The notes below the pieces were generated by a model, which did not search any database, was not told the DNA's origin, and saw only the letters and a program-made list of their open reading frames with translations. The position numbers and the translations under genes are program-made. A DNA stretch of 64,000 nt, taken from Auanema rhodensis (taxonomy: Eukaryota; Animalia; Nematoda). Where the stretch lies: assembly GCA_964057225.1 (NCBI GenBank), contig OZ059895.1, forward strand, positions 12,276,001 through 12,340,000, read 5' to 3'. Positions 56,668-64,000 of this stretch are shown here, piece after piece. Within the stretch, counting starts at the first letter, position 1; every line of letters begins with the position of its first letter.

Positions 56668-59388
56668 CCTGCTTGGTTGTGACTGAGTGCCCTTCGGCTT
56701 CAGCTTGATCGAGACTTTTCCGTTCTTCTTCAACATTAGCGAAGCAGTCAATGGCTCGGGTGGCTGCCTGCCGGATCTTGGCGAAGCCTGACTGTAGGGG
56801 GAAGGGTAAATCAAAAAAAACCTTCTTCATGTCCGTAACTATAATGTAATTTAAAAATTAGATGTAAAGTTCAGTAGGTACCTAAACTTTTTTTCGATGT
56901 CGAAAACGGAAATAGCATGGTAGGGTTCCTGTACGTTTTAAAAAAACGTTTTTTACCCTCGTCTAGGTATTTAAAAAAAAAGGCTCAAATTCAATCGGGA
57001 GAAAAAGGATCATTGGTTCCCCATTTTTGGAAACTTCCACTGTCATGCGGAGATAGCGTCCACCACCTATGTCTGCCTAAATAAATCTGTTAAATTAATA
57101 ATAAATTAACCTTACTATGCTCAACCCGTCGGTTGTGGTCTTATAATAGTGTTCGGTCCTACTAACATTAAAAGCATTCACTGCTATTGCTAGTAATATT
57201 CCTAACTTTTTCCAGTCCAACTGGCTCATCACGAAATCTTCATTTTCGTTTTTTTCGATCCTCTCCACCTCCCTCACAAAAAATAGTTGATACGAACTGA
57301 ATGATCTTATCTTATTGATTAATAGAATATTTTACATACCTGTAGAACTCATAGTAGGTGAAAGTCTTCATCCAATTTTTTTTTCTATAGATTTTAATAT
57401 TCTGAAATGATTTAGTACATACATTAAAGTATAGTTCTTACCTGCCGGTAAACATTGCGTATATTGTAGATCTCATTCTTCAGTACCGCATCTTCATTAA
57501 AAAAAACTCTTCAAAAAAGGTAATATATATTCAATTAAAATGCATACCTGCACACTATAGCAATCAGTTCTAAAAATTTTTTTTTGGATACTCGGTCTTC
57601 GTCTTCAGTATATTTCAAAAATTGCAGACTCATCCTCACAGCACCGTCCAGACCATCAGATAGCAAAAACAGAGTTCTCAAAACCTTAAGGGTTTCATTT
57701 TTTTTGGCATTCCACGACACTTTCGGTTTGCAGGATTTAATCATCCTCTCCTTCAAGTTCTTATTGTCGAAATACGAGATCATTCTCGATATCAGCTCTT
57801 CTTCCTTTTTGGAGAAACATTCGACTTTCTTAAAAAGGTTGAACGGCCTCTGTAACCTGAACAGGCAATTACGTTTCGAAACATGGCTCTAATAAATAAA
57901 ATGATTACAACAATGCACAAAAAAACAGAAAAACTTCATCGATATGTATAGCTTCCAAAGCACGTTTAAAAATTTTTTCATCATCGGATACTAAAACTTT
58001 ATTAAATTATTAAAAGAATGCATATAGTCACCTTCACAGTTATTGTTATTATCATTCAAAAAATTTTTTAGTAGTACATTGAGGGAGTTTTTCCCCTTTA
58101 TGGTTTCAAATTCTTAATAATTAATATACGTGTTATTACGCAAAAGGCAGTGTACCACATTTTTCAGAGGCAATCTTCTTTTCATTTTCATGGGCTAAAT
58201 TAAAGTTATTGGAGATATCTTGTTATATCGCTTACCAATAAGATTAAAAAAATCATCAGCGTCCCCGACAGCTTCTTCCTCCTCCTGTTCTTCCTCCAAA
58301 TCCCCCTGATCTTCATTCTCCAAATCCCCCTGATCTTCCTTCTCCAAATTCCCCTGATCTTCCTCCTCCTCCACCTGATCTCCCTCCATCAATCTAGGTT
58401 TTTTTAAAAAACCTTGAAGGCGTGTCTGCTTTTGATATGGAGCATCACAATCTTTATTGGAAAATTTCCTCTTGAGCGAGGAGAGAACTCCATAATTTTT
58501 TATCGAGTTTGATCCATGGACAACGAGTGCGCTGGCCTTCTTAAATATATTTTATGAAAATTAAAAAACTTTATAAATTTCTGATTTTACCAAACAGTTG
58601 CAACAATCATGGAATGGATACTCCGACCCCTTCGAATACCCCGTATAATTCCATAACAATTGTTCTTCCTTCAAGATCTTCCTCGAACTGCGAAATACCA
58701 AAACAGGCATGTTCAGTTTTTTAAATTTCCCGACTTGGGACAAATACATATTTTTGTGTGTTACACAATGGTTGGCAGCGAATCCCAGAATAGTCGTCTA
58801 TATAATAGTCATATATATAATAGTCATAAATATACTTTTTCGTAAAGCTTCTTGAACTTCTCAGCATCCCAGGTTCCTCCTTTATTAACTATATAACACC
58901 CCTCTTTTTTTTTGTTGGCAACACCTCGTATCCGCATATGTAACTTCCAGCCTGAATATGTAATATTTATTAAGCTTCTTAACCCCCTGACCTCTATATC
59001 ACTTGCAGCAAAAAGTCCTAGTCCTGATGCCCCAGCGGGGCCAATTTTTACCTTGTTCCATTTTCCAATGAGGTAGCTGTAAAAGGATTGTATAATTTGT
59101 AAATTAATTAAGCTAACCTGATCTTTAAATCTTTACAATCCAAGTAACGATCATCTATGTCATACAAATTTCTTAATTTATTAAGATCTTCATGGCCATT
59201 CAATGACCAAATATTTTCTAAATATAACCGTTTAAATGTTTTAATGTTTAAAAAAAAAATCTAATGCGGGAATGTCGAAGGGTTCCATTTTGTGTTTAGG
59301 AATTATCGTTTTTCGTCTTCCGTTTATTGGTCGTACCAATAAATGGTCCTGCCGAGATATTATTGTTATTATAAAGCTGTTTTTTCAT
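56467..59388 (-). CDS. Multi-exon SET-domain / tyrosine-recombinase fusion gene (Crypton-like), ~780 aa; three homopolymer frameshifts in this copy
   Basis: Hand-spliced over about 14 short GT-AG introns. SET: GLGLFAASDIE…WDA…LGFAANHC…N…PVLVFRSSRKILKEEQLLWNY. Then QTRLQGFLKKPR and an E/D tract. Recombinase: AFNVSRTE…VEVSKNGEPMILFLP…KIRQAAT…GHSVTTKQECY. Confidence 0.72.
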
Positions 59389-59407
59389 TTCAAATTTTTT
59401 TTTATAG

Positions 59408-59890
59408 ATGGATCGGTTTATTCTTTTAATAAATCGGCACAGGTCAAAGGGGCTCCTGTCCAACAGGGAGTTCGCGCTCTTGGTAAAGGATCATGGTGAG
59501 GATCCATCAGATTTGATGGTCATGCAGACCAAGATTCGATTTTTGGCAAGGTTAGCCAAACCAGTAAGTTATTTGATCTAATTTAAGTAGTTCTTATCTT
59601 ATTGCAGGAATTTGTGCAAGCACTCTACCTCCTACAGAAATTTATTCCCTTTGATCTGACTGGCTACCGATGTACGACTTTCAGACCTTCGGCACCTGTA
59701 GTGACAGCGGATCTTCCGAAATTATCAGGATACTTTAATTTTTTGAAGTGCCGGGTCGGATGGGGAAAGGAGACTGTTTTTGAGGTAAATTTCAGGTTAA
59801 GATATAACTGTATAATTATTTTAGTACATAGATATTGATGAAAAAGGCTCCCTATCGTTGAGTTGTGGATCAATGTATATTTCCGTTTAA
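59408..59890 (+). CDS. Unknown 3-exon gene (132 aa)
   Basis: Exons 59408-59563, 59608-59784 and 59825-59890; phase-0 introns of 44 and 40 nt; open frame through to TAA. Confidence 0.65.
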
Positions 59891-60142
59891 GAAATCATGG
59901 ACCAGCTGAAAACGTTTCAGTAAGTTCTTCTTTTTTGGAAAATTTTATTTACTTTATTCATTAATTTTTTTTTATTAATTTATAATAATTCATTCTATCT
60001 GCTACCCAAACAACAAAAACAATGTTTTCCCCAATCATCAATCTTAATATCTATGTATCACAAAATATATACTTACCTATTTTTTTCACTCTATATAAGC
60101 TCAAAATTCACCTCAAGCAGAAAAACTCCCAGCACCACAAGA

Positions 60143-60778
60143 ATGGCACTCGTCTTCCCTCCACCAGCCTGCGAGACACCTACCGCGATGATCAAGGAAA
60201 AATGGATCAAGATACATTCGCTCCAGATAGAACTACAACAACTGGAGACAACAAACAACCGGACTAAAAAGATAAGAATTCTCCAATCATTTTCGGAGAA
60301 TTTAGCCAGAGTTACTCTATTAATAGAGACTCTGGAAAGGTTACAATGTTCATGTAACAATGATGAAGAAGAGATGGCCAAAATGGCGCAAAACTGGTCC
60401 GAAGCCACTGCCAGCACCAAGGCCACCATCAACAAACTACGCGAAGATCTAGGCTATCCAGCCTCCGAAAATGTAGCTAGCGCGGATCTTATCCCAAGAT
60501 AGGCCGCGGAAGAGATCCACAAGAGCTGGACAGAAAAAAGTATGATGGAATCGACCAACCAGTCGATTAGGAAGGCGGGAGACCTGATCAGCCAGGTCTT
60601 AAGGATACTAATGGCGACGCGCGCCACCACTCCGGACCAGAAAAGAAAGAAAATGATGATAGCAGGCCAGGCGACGGAACTGCTGACAGACGTCAGCCTG
60701 TTCCACATATGGACGGTCGCCGACCGGCAACCCGCGACCGACTTCCAGCTGGGACAAATCGAGGAGGAAGTAGGATAA
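60143..60778 (+). CDS. 3' accessory ORF of the LTR element (helical/coiled-coil), interrupted by one in-frame TAG at 60500
   Basis: ORFs 60053-60502 and 60542-60778 share a frame; TATATAA at ~60093; composition resembles the retroelement. Confidence 0.5.
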
Positions 60779-61572
60779 CAGCTGCACGAGGTGAATTCAT
60801 AGTTTTTCTTTTCTTCTCTTTTCATTTCTTTTTCTTTTCTTTTTCTTTTTATATTGTTTTCATTTTTTTTTCATATTATTCCTATAACACTATTATTCCT
60901 ATTAGTATTCTAATTCTAATTCATTTATATATATATTTTTCTCATTTGTTTCTTTTTCTTAAAAGGTCTAATTTCTTATAGCTGAGGTCAGCTACTTTTT
61001 CAATATAAGGCATGTTCCATACGTGTCTTATAAAGAAGGCGGTTGACAACGTCAACCGACTTTTGGTTAATAGAATTCAATGAGAAACTAGACCTGAACT
61101 ACTTTTTGTATAAATTCAATTATATTTGTAATTAATATTTTGCTATATAAACCCCTGAGAAAGCAACTAGGTTGGCTTTCTCATAACATGTAGTTTCATT
61201 TATTTGATTATTGTATTATGCTTTTATAATTGTATTTCCATATTCTGAATAAACTTCTTTTTCGCTACTCTCTGTTATTTTTACAATGACATTCACACTA
61301 TTAAAGTCCATATGGTTACCTAGCCGGAACCCTAGGAACCAATATGGAACGTCTTAACTTTACTGTTTCTATCTATTTCCTATTGAAACAAACATTGTTT
61401 TAACACTATACAACTGTGAAACCTTTTTTAATTTATTGTATTTGGAGCTCATAAGATTTGATATCTTCGAGGGATTTAGATGTAACGTAGAAAATTACAT
61501 AACTAACATGAAATTGGAAAAAAAAACAATAACGAGGATAAGTATGTAAATCATTGAATATCAGATATTTTT

Positions 61573-61691
61573 GCTTACGACCATACCACGTTGAAAGTAC
61601 GCCATCCCGTCCGATCTGGCAAGTCAAGCAACGTTGGGCCCGGTTAGTACTTGGATCGGAGACGGCTTGGGAATCCCGGGTGCCGTAAGCT
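61573..61691 (+). rRNA. 5S rRNA
   Basis: Full 119-nt consensus copy. Confidence 0.93.
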
Positions 61692-62101
61692 TTTCAAATT
61701 TTTTTAACGATCATACCACGTTGAAAGTACGCCATGCAGCTGATTTTCAATTTTATCTCTTCCGTAACAAATGTTTTCAATTTTCCAGCAGTTTTACTTA
61801 GATAGCTCAACCCAAGGCATCAAAATATCTTCAATCTTATTTCTATATTACAGTTATAAACCAGTAGTTTATGAACCTTAATCTTAACTTTACTGTTTCT
61901 ATCTATTTCCTATTGAAACAAACGTTGTTTAAACACTATACAACTGTGAAACCTTTTTTAATTTATTGTATTTGGAGCTCATAAGATTTGATATCATCGA
62001 GGGATTTAGATGTAACGTGGAAAATTACATAACTAACATGAAATTGGAAAAAAAACAATAACGAGGATAAGTATGTAAATCATTGAATATCAGGTATTTT
62101 T

Positions 62102-62555
62102 GCTTACGACCATACCACGTTGAAAGTACGCCATCCCGTCCGATCTGGCAATTCAAGCAACGTTGGGCCTGTCACGGTCAACGTGAAAATACGAACTTTA
62201 TTGTGTTAACGTTTTGTTCGTATTTTTTGTATTAACTCCACCCCCTTTAACCATCTGGTGCCTCCCTATAAAAGGGAGAACCAAATGGTTAAAATTTTTA
62301 TGTCTCACTAATTTTGTATTGATTTTAGGAATTTCTTGGAAATTCTTAAATCAATCCACTTGTTCAATTTACTGTTGTTGCATTTGTTGAATAAACCTTT
62401 CTTCATTTAACTTGTCTTAACGCATAATACCGCACTCATACGAACCGACTCCATACTTGGACTGATACTTGGAGGTAATAGTCCAGTTGTCAAGCGACAG
62501 GGCCCGGTTAGTACTTGGATCGGAGACGGCTTGAAAATCCCGGGTGCCGTAAGCT
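62102..62555 (+). pseudogene. 5S gene split by a solo LTR
   Basis: +1..+68, LTR, then +64..+119. Confidence 0.92.
62170..62499 (+). mobile_element. BEL-family solo LTR (330 bp)
   Basis: TGTCAC…GCGACA, TSD GGGCC; homologous to the 41353/51195 LTRs with a different U3 segment. Confidence 0.94.
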
Positions 62556-62993
62556 TTTCAAATTTTTTTAACGATCGTACCACGTTGAAAGTACGCCATG
62601 CAGCTGATTTTCAATTTTATCTCTTTCGTAACAAATGTTTTTAATTTTCCAGCAGTTTTACTTAGATAGCTCAACCCAAGGCATCAAAATATCTTCAATC
62701 TTATTCCTATATCACAGTTATAAACCAGTAGTTTATGAACCTTCATCTTAACTTTACTGTTTCTATCTATTTCCTATTGAAACAAACATTGTTTAAACAC
62801 TATACAACTGTATAACCTTTTCTAATTTATTGTTATTAGATCTCATAAGATTTGATATCATCGAGGGATTTAGATGTAACGTAGAAAATTACATAACTAA
62901 CATGAAATTGGAAAAAAAACAATAACGAGGATAAGTATGTAAATCATTGAATATCAGATATTTTCGCTTACGACCATATCACGTTGAAAGTAC

Positions 62994-64000
62994 GGCCTTT
63001 TGACTTTGGCACAGAAATACGTTGACACAATCAAGGCACAGCACTTTGGCACAAGTTATATACTTTGACACAGAAGAAATTTTAAATTAATACTTTGGCA
63101 CAGCTATTATATTTTATTTTTTTTGGGACTTTTCTTTTTAATTTCCAAATTAATATATTTTATCTTATTTTCGAGTTTTTCTATATATTTTTCCGAGTTT
63201 TTCAAAATTTTTATAATTCTTCCTGAAACCAAATATTTATTCATGATTCTCTTAAACAAAGCTCTAAAACTTTTTGAATAATTCTGAAATTTTTAAAAGA
63301 CAAATGAAATTTTCAAAAATTAAGATGATTTGGTTTATTTTGAATTTTTTTGAAACAGTCAATTCAAATGACAAATCACAAGAAGAAATTGTGGAACTGA
63401 AAATTTAATGATGAATAAAAATTCATTAAAAAAAATTAAAATTCAACCAACTTAGCAAGTGCTTGTATTTTTCTCGATTTGTTCTGCTTGCTGAAAATAT
63501 GACCTTTTCTTTTACTCAGTTTGCATCCTTGTTGAGGTTCCATCTGATCCGCTATAATCTGTCTCACGGTTATGCTTTCACTTGCATCCGAGAGAGAATT
63601 GATTATTTCGGATTGCATCTCGTTCTCCAAAGAATTCAAAACAGCAATACTGAAAACTATAAGCATTAGTGAAAGTCCTGTAGTTGTGATTCACCTGTGG
63701 ATACAAAGTCTTAAGTTTGTCTTTTTTTAACGCATAGCAGGGATTGACAACTTAATGTTTTTTTCTGAGAATCGAAAAAAATATGACAACAACTGAAACA
63801 AGCCTTCCGTCAATATTTATGAAAAAAACGCACAAATGTTTGTTATCTGAATCTAAAAGGAAAAAATTGTCTACTGATTTGAACACAGTCATCCTAGACA
63901 CAGCTTTAGCGAAGGCTTCACGGTTTGTTTTATGAACTAAAACATATTTCTGAATATTTTTGTCTTACCGAGAAAAACTTACGATCCATGACCCAGTCGG
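62994..64000 (-). mobile_element. Second MULE-like element (one end plus transposase C-terminal exons); runs off the window
   Basis: Begins GGCC directly after 5S +28; subterminal ACTTTG(G/A)CACA repeats; minus-strand peptide LCIH|SIAVLNSLE…QMEPQQGCKLSKRKGHIFSKQNKSRKI aligns without gaps to the MULE-1 C-terminus. Confidence 0.75.

Larger units (their letters stand above)
54049..61351 (+). mobile_element. Non-autonomous TGTTCCATA-family LTR element (7.3 kb) with foreign cargo
   Basis: 339-bp LTRs at 54049-54387 and 61013-61351, 4-bp TSD TCTT in the 5S spacer, PBS at 54394; only 16 gag codons remain (55007-55053). Confidence 0.92.

Noticed and set aside
54049-61351. DIRS-type YR retrotransposon
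   Set aside because: No RT, ordinary direct LTRs with a 4-bp TSD, and the YR gene is intron-rich; better explained as a Crypton-like cassette inside a gypsy shell

Overview
AT-rich eukaryotic DNA, almost certainly from a nematode: the 5S rRNA is close to the C. elegans type and introns are about 40 nt with TTTCAG-like acceptors. Positions 1-24.4 kb are a homogeneous 5S rDNA tandem array of 22 gene-bearing 529-bp units interleaved with about 32 gene-less 399-bp units that keep only 5S +1..+33. From 24.4 kb onward the array is riddled with mobile elements, nearly all inserted in or just upstream of 5S genes. (i) A Mutator-like (MULE) DNA transposon with ~225-bp TIRs sits at 5S +17, and a second, homologous but distinct MULE sits at 5S +28 at the right edge of the window. 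(ii) A young BEL/Pao LTR element with a phlebovirus Gc-like env and two extra accessory genes is inserted at 5S +64..68, and a solo LTR of a different subfamily sits at exactly the same nucleotide of another 5S copy. (iii) A Ty3/gypsy-like family has TG...CG LTRs, a tRNA-Gln PBS, and a herpesvirus gB-like env placed between gag and protease. (iv) One copy of that family contains a roughly 14-intron gene that I read by hand as a SET-domain methyltransferase + PIP-box-like motif + acidic tract + tyrosine recombinase fusion (Crypton-like), head-to-head with a small unknown spliced gene. A 10.6-kb block (41018-51659) is inverted relative to the rest of the array. All domain calls come from motif reading by eye; no database search was run.
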